A stretch of 32,000 nucleotides of DNA from Guillardia theta nucleomorph (GCA_000002975.1 AF165818.4:150001-182000); one strand, 5' to 3'; shown: positions 1-10,102, numbered from the stretch's first letter. Made by a program: numbers and translations. The notes: generated by a model not told the origin, from the letters alone.

Positions 1-297
1 CCCTATAAATTCTTCTTCATCAAAAGTTTCATTGGAAACGTAGCATGGATGAGAAGATCTACCCCAAGAACTTTTAGAGTTTACATATGCACCGTTTTCA
101 ACTAGCCAAGAAATAAATCTATCACTATTGTATTGAGATATACTCATATTTATTTTGTAAATTTGGTAAAAATTATTTTTTCGCTTTTCTTTAATTAAAA
201 TATTTCTTTTTTTCTTTAACCACGTATTATCTAGAGTGTTATTTCCTACCAATAAATTAACATTGTTGTATGCCACTACATAATTATTCATTTGCAT
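1..297 (-). CDS. met: 5' part of a plastid-targeted Rubisco LSMT-like SET-domain methyltransferase (runs off the left edge)
   Basis: Not in ORF track. Manual translation from ATG 297 is open for 99 codons to base 1: MQMNNYVV...MSISQYNSDRFISWLVENGAYVNSKSSWGRSSHPCYVSNETFDEEEFIG. F..WL.ENG...WGR..HP...T.DE...G matches the N-terminus of algal LSMT-like proteins as I recall it; the first ~50 aa look like a transit peptide. Confidence 0.7.
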   Translation of the reverse strand, partial: MQMNNYVVAYNNVNLLVGNNTLDNTWLKKKRNILIKEKRKNNFYQIYKINMSISQYNSDRFISWLVENGAYVNSKSSWGRSSHPCYVSNETFDEEEFIG

Positions 298-333
298 GTA
301 TTCTTTTGAGTTTTTTTAAAATTTAAACTCAAA

Positions 334-978
334 ATGAACGATGATAAAAATATTCAACACTTGTTTAAGGTGAGAAGGACTGTTTTACAAATGATAAGAG
401 ATCGAGGATATGTTGTGTTTGACTCTAAAGATGATTTAAATATATCAAGATCTAGTTTTGAAGAATTCTACATGAAAAATCATGCAATATGTAGAAAAAG
501 TTTGGAAATCAAAAGACCTAGATGGGATAATCCTGAAAATCGAATATTAATTGTATTTGTTGAGGGAGAAAAAGATAAAATGAATATCGGAGTAAAATCG
601 ATAAGATTATTCTGTGAAAGAATTAAAAATGAAGGTTTTAGTAGAGTTTTAATGATTCTCAATGGTAAATTAACTCCTCATGCTAAACAAGCCGTATCTT
701 CCATCAATTCAAATAATGATTTGATCGAATATTTTTCTGAAAATGAATTAATAGTTAATATTACCCATCATATGCTCGTTCCAAAACATGAAATATTAAG
801 CAAAAATGAATCTAAAAGCTTACTAGAAAGGTATTCAATAAAATTTGATCATTTGCCAAAAATTCTTAAAAATGACCCCGTCGCAAAATATCTAGGTCTT
901 CAAAGATCTGAAATTGTAAAAATAACAAGAGTTAGTGAAACTTCAGGAAAATTTATTACTTATAGAATTTGTATTTAA
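334..978 (+). CDS. rpb5: RNA polymerase I/II/III shared subunit RPB5
   Basis: LFKVRRTVLQMIRDRGY, ELIVNITHHMLVPKH, LPKILKNDPVAKYLGL and SETSGKFITYRIC motifs. Confidence 0.97.
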   Translation: MNDDKNIQHLFKVRRTVLQMIRDRGYVVFDSKDDLNISRSSFEEFYMKNHAICRKSLEIKRPRWDNPENRILIVFVEGEKDKMNIGVKSIRLFCERIKNEGFSRVLMILNGKLTPHAKQAVSSINSNNDLIEYFSENELIVNITHHMLVPKHEILSKNESKSLLERYSIKFDHLPKILKNDPVAKYLGLQRSEIVKITRVSETSGKFITYRICI

Positions 979-1015
979 TTTTTAAAATTTAACTAAATTG
1001 GGAATTTTTAATAAT

Positions 1016-1396
1016 ATGTCTGAAATTGAAAGCTTAGAATCAATAAGTTCTGTGAGTGTTGAAAATGAAGTAGATTCAGAAATGATATCAAATGAATTTC
1101 CAGAAAAATCTTTAAATTGTAACGAAAACATTTTCAAAATGAACGATAAACTTGATATAGATTTTAGAATGACATTACCTATTTTGACTAAATACGAGAA
1201 AGCGAGAATACTAGGAGCAAGAGCTCTTCAAATTAGCATGGGTGCGCCAATTCTAACAGAAGTTAATACACTAAGCGATAGCTTGGATATTGCATCAAAA
1301 GAACTTTATGAAAGAAAAATACCAATTACTATTCGAAGATATCTACCAAATGGCAGATATGAAGATTGGAAAATCGAAGAACTTATATTTGATTAA
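1016..1396 (+). CDS. rpb6: RNA polymerase shared subunit RPB6
   Basis: [22 protein letters not shown] and [17 protein letters not shown]. The track start at 998 is TTG; first ATG is 1016. Confidence 0.97.
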   Translation: MSEIESLESISSVSVENEVDSEMISNEFPEKSLNCNENIFKMNDKLDIDFRMTLPILTKYEKARILGARALQISMGAPILTEVNTLSDSLDIASKELYERKIPITIRRYLPNGRYEDWKIEELIFD

Positions 1397-1401
1397 TATT
1401 A

Positions 1402-1846
1402 TTATTTGTTACTGTTTAGATCATTTAATTCTTTATCCAGAATCTCGTCGATTTTAATTTCATTTAAAGTTTTAGATATTCTTTTATTGTCTGAAATTTT
1501 TTTAATATTTGAATCATCAGAATCTAAAGCAACCTGGAAAGTTTTTTTTGCTTCTTCAGCTACATTTTTTAATTCTCCAGATATTCTACCTAAGTCTTTA
1601 GCCAGTTGGTAAAGTCTCTTAGGGACCTAGAACTAACCATGCAACTATTCCGATAACAATTAATTCCGAAGAACCTACACCCAAAATTCCTCCTGAAGGG
1701 CCAATTAGATTGACACTTATGTTTTTATTTGGTTTTATTTGGATTGCGTTTCTTTTTAAAAAACAATTAATTAAATTAAAATTATGTTTTTTATAATTTA
1801 AAGCATGGATTTTATAATTGACTAACAACGTACTTTTAATAAACAT
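1402..1846 (-). CDS. tha4: Plastid-targeted twin-arginine translocase subunit (TatA/Tha4 or TatB/Hcf106 family), interrupted by a +1 frameshift near 1621
   Basis: ATG 1846 gives MFIKSTLL... (transit-peptide-like), then GILGVGSSELIVIGIVAWLVLGP and TAA at 1621-1619. The +1 frame continues KRLYQLAKDLGRISGELKNVAEEAKKTFQ... for 72 aa to TAA at 1404-1402, restoring the GPK.L hinge and amphipathic helix. TatA versus TatB is not resolved. Confidence 0.85.
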
Positions 1847-1892
1847 TGTGTGCAATTTAAAAAATCAATTTAGATTTAGTTCATTAATTATA

Positions 1893-3224
1893 ATGTTATT
1901 AAATAAACATTTAAGCGAGAAAAATATAGGTTTTTTTTTTTGTAATTTCATGCTTAAGAGGAAGAAAAACAATTCATGTCAAGTTAGAGTAATTTTAAAA
2001 TTTTTGAAAAAAATTAATTTTAATTTAAGTATTGGATTTCAAGAAAATATTACTGAGTTTTTGAATAAATCTAAAGTTTTAAAAAATTTATTAAAAATAA
2101 AAAGTTTTTTTGATAAACATTCGAATCATATAAAATTATACAGATTTAAGATTAATAAATTTTATAAAATTTTAATAAAAAATGCCAATATTAAGTATTC
2201 AAAATTATCAATCAAAAATAATAATAGTAATTATATGATAAATCCACTAATTAGAAATTTGCGATTTTTTAGAGACACTGAAATAGTTTTTAGATATCAA
2301 GATCAACTTTTAAATACGCTTACATGTGATCCTAAAGGAACTGAAACAGCAGATGATGCAATTTCATTAAATTTTTCAAAAAATTTGTCAACTATAGAAT
2401 ACGGAATGCACTTCCCTGATTTTTCTAATTTATTTGAAAATATTAATTTATTTTTTCTAAAATTATCTGAAATAAAACGAAAATCTTATTACCAAAAAAA
2501 GAATTATGATTTGTTGCCATTTTTTTTTTCTCAAAAGTTATTTTCACTATGTCCTTTAGTCGATAGATCTACAATTTCTATAACAACAAATATAGAACCA
2601 GTTTCTTTTATTAATATAATTAATCTAAAAAGAAGTGTAATAAAAAACAAAAGGTATATAAATTTTTTTCATTTAAAAAAGTTTTTTGATTTAATTATGA
2701 AATATTTAAACTTTCATGATAAAAAATGTTACTTCGAAGACATTTTGTACTTTTACAAAATTATAGCTTTTTCTTTTAAATCTAAAAGAATAAAATTGAA
2801 AAATTTTTATCAAAATTTGTTAGAAAAAAAAATTAATGATAAATATGATAAAAAATTGAACTCCTTCTATTCCTTTTTTAATCCTGATAATGAATATTAT
2901 TTTTATATGTCTAATATATTGTATGATAAAATTTCGTTTATTTTCCCTAATTTATCAAACTTTTTTTTATCAGATGTCTACAAAGTAAAAAAATTGGTTT
3001 ATAGATATCCTATTGAATTTTTTAACTACTACAATTATTTGTATCTAAAATCAAAATATTTTACCACTCAACCTATCTTGATGTTGTATAAAAATAAATC
3101 TAATTTGTTTAAAACTCAAATATCTTTAAAATATGGTTCAACAAATATTTTTATGAATATCAAATCACCTTTGAGGAAATTTAATCATATTATTAATCAG
3201 ATAAAAATAGTTAGAGTTTTATAA
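1893..3224 (+). CDS. Reduced, divergent RNase II/RNB-family exoribonuclease (Dis3/Rrp44-like)
   Basis: TCDPKGTETADDAIS (cf. SIDPPGC.DIDDAL), EYGMHFPDF (cf. EVGVHIADV), KSPLRKFNHIINQ (cf. TSPIRRY.D..VH). First ATG 1893; track start is TTG. Confidence 0.75.
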   Translation: MLLNKHLSEKNIGFFFCNFMLKRKKNNSCQVRVILKFLKKINFNLSIGFQENITEFLNKSKVLKNLLKIKSFFDKHSNHIKLYRFKINKFYKILIKNANIKYSKLSIKNNNSNYMINPLIRNLRFFRDTEIVFRYQDQLLNTLTCDPKGTETADDAISLNFSKNLSTIEYGMHFPDFSNLFENINLFFLKLSEIKRKSYYQKKNYDLLPFFFSQKLFSLCPLVDRSTISITTNIEPVSFINIINLKRSVIKNKRYINFFHLKKFFDLIMKYLNFHDKKCYFEDILYFYKIIAFSFKSKRIKLKNFYQNLLEKKINDKYDKKLNSFYSFFNPDNEYYFYMSNILYDKISFIFPNLSNFFLSDVYKVKKLVYRYPIEFFNYYNYLYLKSKYFTTQPILMLYKNKSNLFKTQISLKYGSTNIFMNIKSPLRKFNHIINQIKIVRVL

Positions 3225-3361
3225 ATTTTTAAGTTTAAAAAACAAAATTATATTTAAAAATATGACAAGTAATCTGAAATTTGGCGATCAGTTCTTCAAA
3301 TGAATTCAACCTTCATCTATCTAAATTAAATAATTTGTATAACTTCTTCAAGAATATAAAA

Positions 3362-4459
3362 ATGTTAAGAAAAACCGTTTGTTATGGAAAAAAAATAAAG
3401 GTTTATAAGATTTTCAATATTATTGAGGATTTTGATACATTTGAATATCCAAGAAAATATTCAGTCAAAATATTTGTTCTAATTAATAATTTACAAAAAA
3501 AAATCTCAAGTTTAAAATCTTTTAGTATTATTGAAATATGGAATTTCAAAAAAAATTTACATTCAAATAGACAAGGTTTTTTATTTTTCTCAATTGAAGA
3601 CATTATTTGGGGGATGCGAATTTTAAAATTTTCTGATTTTCCAGAGAAAAAATATATTGTAACTTTAAATGGCTTCGAATTACAGTTTTATCAAATCCCC
3701 GAAATCAATCCCATATTTTGGAAAATTATCAGTTTCTCTTTAAAAGTTTCATTTTTCAAAAATTTTCAATGGAAAATTTTTTATTTTCAACCTATTTTTT
3801 TTTCTTGTAATTTAAACGGTAAAATCATGATTTCACAAATAAATAATCTTTCTAATTGGAATCAACTTATCCATTCCGATGATAATCGGGCTCCTGTAAC
3901 TGCAATTTACTATAATAACACTTATAGTAGTAAAACCAAAATTATATTTACAGGTGGATACGATGGAATCGTAAAAATATGGAAAATAACATATAATATA
4001 AGCTGTGTTATCAAAATAATTTTGCATAAAAGTAGAATCACAGAATTGAATTTTTTAAAACTAAATGATCATGATTGTTATATTTTTTCATCATTTGATG
4101 ATGGCTGTATTGCTTATAATTATTTTGATAAGAATTTTCAGACTTTGATTACCAATTTTATAAATCATTATCAATCTACATACACGGAAATAATAGAAAA
4201 TATGATAATAGCAGTTGGAGACGAAGGAAGCATTAGTATAAAAGAAGTAGCGAGTCCCTATAATGAAGTGTTTTTAAATTATAATTCACTAAATATATTA
4301 AAAATCAATAAATTCAATATAAAATCAATGAAAAAAAATTTATTTTTGAGAAAAACCCTTCAAAGATATTCTTTAAAAAGCCATTTTTTTTTTAAATTAT
4401 ATAAATTAAATTATCATATTATAGTTTCAAATAACGGTATATTTATATTATTTAGATAA
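3362..4459 (+). CDS. WD40-repeat protein, orthology unknown
   Basis: PVTAIYY...IFTGGYDGIVKIWK, HKSRITEL...FSSFDDGCI and IAVGDEGSISI repeats. First ATG 3362; track start 3281 is TTG. Confidence 0.75.
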   Translation: MLRKTVCYGKKIKVYKIFNIIEDFDTFEYPRKYSVKIFVLINNLQKKISSLKSFSIIEIWNFKKNLHSNRQGFLFFSIEDIIWGMRILKFSDFPEKKYIVTLNGFELQFYQIPEINPIFWKIISFSLKVSFFKNFQWKIFYFQPIFFSCNLNGKIMISQINNLSNWNQLIHSDDNRAPVTAIYYNNTYSSKTKIIFTGGYDGIVKIWKITYNISCVIKIILHKSRITELNFLKLNDHDCYIFSSFDDGCIAYNYFDKNFQTLITNFINHYQSTYTEIIENMIIAVGDEGSISIKEVASPYNEVFLNYNSLNILKINKFNIKSMKKNLFLRKTLQRYSLKSHFFFKLYKLNYHIIVSNNGIFILFR

Positions 4460-4484
4460 ATAATAAAAATTTTTATAAATATTT

Positions 4485-5192
4485 ATGAATAACAACCAAA
4501 CATTATTTGATTCCGATGGTAAAATATTACAATTAGAATTTGCTCTAAAAATTCCTAACCAAGGAAAAATGATTTTTTCTTTTAAATCCATTAATCATTC
4601 ATATATTATATCTGAAATTCATGAAAAGAAAACAAATAATAAATTTTTCAACAGGTTTTATTCTATTGATAATAATATAGGCTTGGGAATTTCTGGAATT
4701 TTCTTTGACGCAAAAAAAATTTTTAATTTTTGTGTTGAACTTAATATCAAAATTAAACAAGCATTTAAAAATTTTTGTTCTGTTGAATACATTTCAAAAA
4801 AGATTTCTGAAGCATTTTCAAATAATACATTAAAAATTAACCAAAGGCCATATGCAATAAATGTTTTTATAATTGGGTTCAGTGACAAAGGACCTATAAT
4901 ATTTGAAATATCAACTGATGGGTTGATGACATATAAAAAAACTTGTCTCTCAGGATCATCAATTAATTCTTATACAAAAGAATTATTTTCGATTATTAAA
5001 AATGATAAAAAAATGTTAAATGATGAAATTTTTATGATTTCTTTTTATCAATGCATTAAAAAATCTGAAAAAAATTCTAGTAATCAAATTTTTTCATTAT
5101 CAATTTTAGGAAAAAAAACTAAATTTACAATTTTAAACAAAATAGTTGATAGATTTTATACTAAAATAATTAACACAAAATTTATTAAATAA
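4485..5192 (+). CDS. 20S proteasome alpha subunit, most like alpha6/Pre5 (PSMA1)
   Basis: TLFDSDGKILQLEFA alpha signature, NQG..FSFKSINH, IDNNIGLGISG..DA and RPYAINVFIIGFSDKGP. Confidence 0.88.
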   Translation: MNNNQTLFDSDGKILQLEFALKIPNQGKMIFSFKSINHSYIISEIHEKKTNNKFFNRFYSIDNNIGLGISGIFFDAKKIFNFCVELNIKIKQAFKNFCSVEYISKKISEAFSNNTLKINQRPYAINVFIIGFSDKGPIIFEISTDGLMTYKKTCLSGSSINSYTKELFSIIKNDKKMLNDEIFMISFYQCIKKSEKNSSNQIFSLSILGKKTKFTILNKIVDRFYTKIINTKFIK

Positions 5193-8100
5193 GCCCTGTA
5201 CCAATTGGAATTGAATTTCCAAAAATTATCGCATCAGAAACTCCAATATATTTACTTTTAGTATGATTTAAGGAAGCATTAAATAAGTTTTCCATTGTTT
5301 TCTCAAAACTTGCCAGCAAAAATACACTTTCCTTATTACATGTCAATCCTTCTCTATTTATTCCGATAATAAATCCATTAAAAGTCATATAGTCTGCTAG
5401 TAAATACACGTGTCTATTGTCAGAAAAAATCCCATGTGATTTAAAAGTATTTGTTATTTCCAAAACTATCAATTCTCTCGAAGCTTCAATTCCTAAAAAA
5501 TTATAAATAGAATTGATATTATTACAGTATAATTTCCTAAAAATTATTCCAGGGATGTTCAATAATATATCAAACCTATTGTCTGAGATTTTAATTTCTA
5601 AGTTATTAAATAAAAAGTTACAATTTATTTTACTCGACTCATAAAAACCTGTTAAAACTATATCACCAAAATGAATTCTAAAGAAATTATACAAATTTAT
5701 AAAGTTTAAATTAAAATCGTCAATTTTAAAATCATTTTTGTGGAACTGAAGAACTACGTTTTTTTTTTTTTTACATATGAAAACTGTTGACTTTTTTATA
5801 ATTTTAGTATTGTCATGAAATTTTTTGATAATAAAATAATAAATTTTTGATTGATCCAGATATTCATAAATTTTTTTGATGAAATGAATTTTTACAGACA
5901 CGAAACCTCTATGTAAAAATATTTCAATTGAGTTAATTAAAAATCCGATTTTTATCTTTTTTAAAAAAAATTTTAACCTTGATTTTTTTTTGTTAAATTC
6001 AAAAAAATTTATATCATAAGATATTAATGGGAATTTTGTGTTTTTAGAATTACTTAATATTTCGTTTATTCTGGGAATTCCAGAAGTAATATTTTGGCTA
6101 CCAGTCCCGGCAGAGTGGAAGGTTTGCAATGTCATTTGAGTACCGGGTTCGCCTAAACTTTGGGCAGATATGCATCCTACCCCAGTGCCAGGATCTATTA
6201 TAACCAATTTAAAAGTTTGAAAATATTTTTTTATTAAAATTTCAAAATAACCAAAGTTAGATTTTATATTTAAAATTTTTTCAAAATTAATTTTATTTCT
6301 CAGATTTATACTAAAGGTTAAACTATCGAAAAATCTTAAAAAATGAGCTCTTAAAAAAACATAAAGTAAATAATTATCTGTGGATTTTTTTAGTTTCAAT
6401 GAAAAATCGAATGAATTAATTGAATAAAATTTCGAAAAATTTTCTGGGTTGACATTGTCACCGCCAAATGTAAATTGATAAATTCTACCAAAGGAATCTC
6501 TAACTGTAGAATCGTTCATTATAGAAATATCTTCAAGAGATTTTACTAATCTCCTCTGAAGATATCCTATTTCTGCAGTTTTAACTGCAGTATCGATTAA
6601 ACCTTCACGACCAGCCATTGAATGAAAAAAAAATTCTTTTGAATCTAGTCCTGAATAGAAACTGTTCTCTATGAGCCCTTTTTCGTTAAATAACATATTT
6701 TCTTTTTTAAAAGATTGAGATGGTAAAATTCTATAACTAAATCCATTTAAAATTCTTTTTGCAGAGATCATCTGCTGACCAAGTGTTAACATCATTTGAA
6801 CTAAATTAAGCTGCGACCCTTTAGAGCCTGATGCTACCATAATTGATGCTGAATTGTTGTCTATATTTTTAGTTGTAACGCAAATTCTCCCTAAATCTCC
6901 TTTTACAGAATTGAGAATAATATTTAGTTTTTCTTCAAATGTATCCAATACCATTAAAGAATTTTTATTTGTAATTTTCTTTTTATAGTTCAGAGATTGA
7001 TGTACGTTCTTAGCTTTGGAAATTATTTGTTCTTTTTTTTTACAAATTACTTTTGAAGGTTTAACATTGTTGATTGAAAATGAGAATCCATAGTTAGAAA
7101 ACCAGTTTTGATTTAAAATTGAAATTTTAAGTATTGAATTTAAAATTTCAGATGCAGAATTATTGTTTCTTGAAAAAGAAAATAATGACATCTTATTTCC
7201 TGTACCTAATGATGTTTTACCAAGTCTACCTGATAAAATAAGATTATTTTTTATGATTGTCCAGCCTTCTATTGGGCAAACAAATGGAGAACAAGTATTA
7301 AATTGTCTTGAAGTAAATTTTTCTCTAATTTGATAATTGGTTTTTTGTTTTTTTATGAGGTTTAAATGATAATAATTTTTATCAAAAAACAAAATTTCTG
7401 AAAAAATCTGTTTACCTGTCCATAATATTTTAGGTTTTAAAATTGCTGGTAAAATGTTATTAAACAAATCGCTAACTTCTCCAGAAATTAAGCCTGTAAC
7501 TTCTTCTTTATTAAAAAAAATATTTCTCGATGTCAAAATAAAAGAATATGACAAAAAGTCTTGCGAGCATGCTATCAGAATTTCTCCGTTCCTAGGTGTA
7601 TAAAAGTTATTATACGAGTTTAAAAGAGTAATAGCTTCTGTTCTAGAAGTTTCACTTTGAGGAACATGTAAGTTCATTTCGTCACCGTCAAAATCTGCAT
7701 TATAGGGCTTACAAACACAATGGTTTAATCTGAATGTTTTTTCTTTAAATATTCTAATTCTATGAGCCATGATAGATAGACGATGTAAAGATGGCTGTCT
7801 ATTAAATAGAATTATGTCATTTTTAACAAGATGTCTTTGTATCGAATTTCCTATTTTGGAAAAAAACATCATATTTTTTTTGTTTGATTTATTCAAGAAT
7901 ATTTTTTTATTATCTCTAGTTATGACAGAAACTACTCCTGGGTATCTATCATTGCCTCTTAAAATACATCTTTTTAGTCTTTCATAATTATAAAAATTCA
8001 ATTTTTCAGGAAAAGATAAATTTTTGCAAATTATAATTGGAATTCCAATTTGAGATAAAAATAGATTTGGATCAGGTGATATGACAGTTCTAGCAGAAAA

Positions 8101-9054
8101 ATCAACTCTTTTGCCGATTAAAGTACCTCTAAATCTTCCATTTTTACCTTTTAGTCTCTGAAATACACCTTGAAATTTTAAATTGAATTTTTTTTGGAAA
8201 AAATCTGAATCAAAATATTGATAGCATTCTATTTGTAAAAATGTCCATAATTCTTTTATTCTATTATAATTCATATTTTGTTCAAGCTCATACTTGAGTT
8301 TTTTGTTAGTGTTTTGAATCGAAGCTAATTTAATTGTTAAGTCATCTTCATTAGTAGTGTAAGTATCAATACGAATACTAGGCCTTATTATTGAAGGTGG
8401 AATCGGAATAAAAAAAAAAATTAAATTTTCAATTCTAAAACCATAATCGTTAACACCAATAAGTTCCAAATCTTCTGCATTTATCTTAGAAAATATTTGG
8501 AAAATTTTAAGTGGTCCTAAAATTTCATTAATTTCATTTTTAGAATTATCTATATCATGTAAAAAAGCTAAATTACTAATTTTTCTTATTTTTCCATTTG
8601 AAAATTCGCAATTTGGGCATTTCCTATGTGATTTGCATTTTTCTAAGATATTAAAATAGATTTTTTTTTTTTCAACTTTATTATTTGAATTCTTACCGAG
8701 CAAGAAACTGAAATGAATTTTTTCTTTTGAGGATCTAAGTAGTAAACTTGAGCATCTCTTACAAACCATTTGCAGAATGCATTGGATTGTTTTGATAAAA
8801 CCTAAATTTAAAACTGGCATTGATAACCTTAAATGCCCATAATGTCCCTGGCAAAATTTAAATTTATCTTTACAGAATGAACAGATTTGATTCCTAATAT
8901 TTCCAAGTTTTTCGTCTAAAAGACTACCTTCTTGAGATGTATTCTTATCTTTCAAAAAAATATTTGAATTAGTCAATTGAATCGTTGAATATCCTGAAAT
9001 TTCTTCTCTAGAAAATATTTTGAATTCAATTTCATGTATAAAATTTTTTTGCAT
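5185..9054 (-). CDS. rpc1: RNA polymerase III largest subunit
   Basis: CQGHYGH zinc motif, QRLKGKNGRFRGTLIGKRVDFSARTVISPDPNL, NRQPSLHRLSIMAH, catalytic YNADFDGDEMNLHVPQ and ESVFLLASFEKT; no CTD heptads. Confidence 0.95.
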   Translation of the reverse strand: MQKNFIHEIEFKIFSREEISGYSTIQLTNSNIFLKDKNTSQEGSLLDEKLGNIRNQICSFCKDKFKFCQGHYGHLRLSMPVLNLGFIKTIQCILQMVCKRCSSLLLRSSKEKIHFSFLLGKNSNNKVEKKKIYFNILEKCKSHRKCPNCEFSNGKIRKISNLAFLHDIDNSKNEINEILGPLKIFQIFSKINAEDLELIGVNDYGFRIENLIFFFIPIPPSIIRPSIRIDTYTTNEDDLTIKLASIQNTNKKLKYELEQNMNYNRIKELWTFLQIECYQYFDSDFFQKKFNLKFQGVFQRLKGKNGRFRGTLIGKRVDFSARTVISPDPNLFLSQIGIPIIICKNLSFPEKLNFYNYERLKRCILRGNDRYPGVVSVITRDNKKIFLNKSNKKNMMFFSKIGNSIQRHLVKNDIILFNRQPSLHRLSIMAHRIRIFKEKTFRLNHCVCKPYNADFDGDEMNLHVPQSETSRTEAITLLNSYNNFYTPRNGEILIACSQDFLSYSFILTSRNIFFNKEEVTGLISGEVSDLFNNILPAILKPKILWTGKQIFSEILFFDKNYYHLNLIKKQKTNYQIREKFTSRQFNTCSPFVCPIEGWTIIKNNLILSGRLGKTSLGTGNKMSLFSFSRNNNSASEILNSILKISILNQNWFSNYGFSFSINNVKPSKVICKKKEQIISKAKNVHQSLNYKKKITNKNSLMVLDTFEEKLNIILNSVKGDLGRICVTTKNIDNNSASIMVASGSKGSQLNLVQMMLTLGQQMISAKRILNGFSYRILPSQSFKKENMLFNEKGLIENSFYSGLDSKEFFFHSMAGREGLIDTAVKTAEIGYLQRRLVKSLEDISIMNDSTVRDSFGRIYQFTFGGDNVNPENFSKFYSINSFDFSLKLKKSTDNYLLYVFLRAHFLRFFDSLTFSINLRNKINFEKILNIKSNFGYFEILIKKYFQTFKLVIIDPGTGVGCISAQSLGEPGTQMTLQTFHSAGTGSQNITSGIPRINEILSNSKNTKFPLISYDINFFEFNKKKSRLKFFLKKIKIGFLINSIEIFLHRGFVSVKIHFIKKIYEYLDQSKIYYFIIKKFHDNTKIIKKSTVFICKKKKNVVLQFHKNDFKIDDFNLNFINLYNFFRIHFGDIVLTGFYESSKINCNFLFNNLEIKISDNRFDILLNIPGIIFRKLYCNNINSIYNFLGIEASRELIVLEITNTFKSHGIFSDNRHVYLLADYMTFNGFIIGINREGLTCNKESVFLLASFEKTMENLFNASLNHTKSKYIGVSDAIIFGNSIPIGTGLI

Positions 9055-9096
9055 TATAAATATACTTTAATATTTAATTATCTATTTAGGATTCTT

Positions 9097-9636
9097 ATGG
9101 TTAGATCTTTAAGATATGAAGAATTAAGAATTATGTTCTGTAATATTTTGAAGTATATAGGAGAAAATATTAGTGATTTTATACAGAAAGTGATTGATTT
9201 AGAAATTTACTTTAGGCTATATCGTAAAAGAATTTCTTTTTCTAAAAAAAAATTAATTAACAATTCGAACTGTTTTACCTTAAAAAAAATAGCAAGTGTT
9301 GGAGTTTTTATGGGAAAATTCTTCATTGGAAAAAGATTTTTGTTTTTTATTTCTTTTATAAATGTTATTAAAGGATTTGATACTTATAAATACGGAGTTG
9401 TTAGTTCTCATGGTGAAAAACATTTTACTAAAGGTAATAATCTAAAAAGATCTCATTTCATTAAGATATCTAATAATTTTGTTAAAGGAGATGGGATATT
9501 TATTAAAGATAATTCTAATAACATTCTAGGATTTGGATTGACAACGAAAGATTATTATATTGTAAAATCTAATCATCCTAATCTTTTGTTAATCAACTTT
9601 AGCGACGTAGGAATTTATATTCGAATAAAATATTAA
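9097..9636 (+). CDS. nip7: 60S biogenesis factor Nip7 (PUA domain)
   Basis: MVRSLRYEE...LKYIGENI...YFRLY, GEKHFTKGNNL, ILGFGL and DVGIYIR. ATG 9097 aligns with homolog starts and avoids overlap with rpc1. Confidence 0.85.
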   Translation: MVRSLRYEELRIMFCNILKYIGENISDFIQKVIDLEIYFRLYRKRISFSKKKLINNSNCFTLKKIASVGVFMGKFFIGKRFLFFISFINVIKGFDTYKYGVVSSHGEKHFTKGNNLKRSHFIKISNNFVKGDGIFIKDNSNNILGFGLTTKDYYIVKSNHPNLLLINFSDVGIYIRIKY

Positions 9637-9681
9637 ATTAATAATTAATTATTTTAAAAATAATTTTATATACTATTGATA

Positions 9682-10101
9682 ATGCAAACTGAAAAAATTA
9701 ATAAATTTAGAAAATTTAACTTTAGAGGATTAGATCTTTCAAACTTAATGAATTTAAATTCAAAAGGATTAATGAAAATTCTTAACTCAAGACAGAGACG
9801 AAAGTTGAGTAGAGGACTGAAGATGAATAATTTGAGATTGATAAAGAAGCTTCGAAATTCTAAAGCAAATGCAAAAACAAAAAAAATTATCCTAACTCAT
9901 TTGCGAAATATGATAATTATTCCGGAAATGATAGGCAAAAGTATTGGAATTTATAACGGAAAACTTTTTAACAACATTGAAATCAAGCCGGATATGATTG
10001 GACATTATCTGGGTGAATTTTCTATAACTTACAAACCAGTAAAACACGGCAAACCTGGAGTAGGAGCTTCAAGTTCTTCAAAATATGTTCCATTAAAATA
10101 A
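9682..10101 (+). CDS. rps15: Cytosolic 40S ribosomal protein S15 (uS19)
   Basis: [47 protein letters not shown]. First ATG 9682. Confidence 0.97.
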   Translation: MQTEKINKFRKFNFRGLDLSNLMNLNSKGLMKILNSRQRRKLSRGLKMNNLRLIKKLRNSKANAKTKKIILTHLRNMIIIPEMIGKSIGIYNGKLFNNIEIKPDMIGHYLGEFSITYKPVKHGKPGVGASSSSKYVPLK

Positions 10102-10102
10102 T

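Noticed and set aside
1406-1612. 68-aa plus-strand ORF
   Set aside because: TTG start; it is the antisense shadow of the frameshifted TatA/B C-terminal half.
3262-3291. ATG 3262 plus a 23-nt GT...AG as first exon and intron of the WD40 gene
   Set aside because: Splicing does not put it in frame with the WD40 ORF, and it is much shorter than typical introns of this lineage.
9034-9096. Head-to-head overlap of nip7 and rpc1 implied by the ORF track
   Set aside because: Nip7 homology starts at ATG 9097, leaving a 42-nt spacer.
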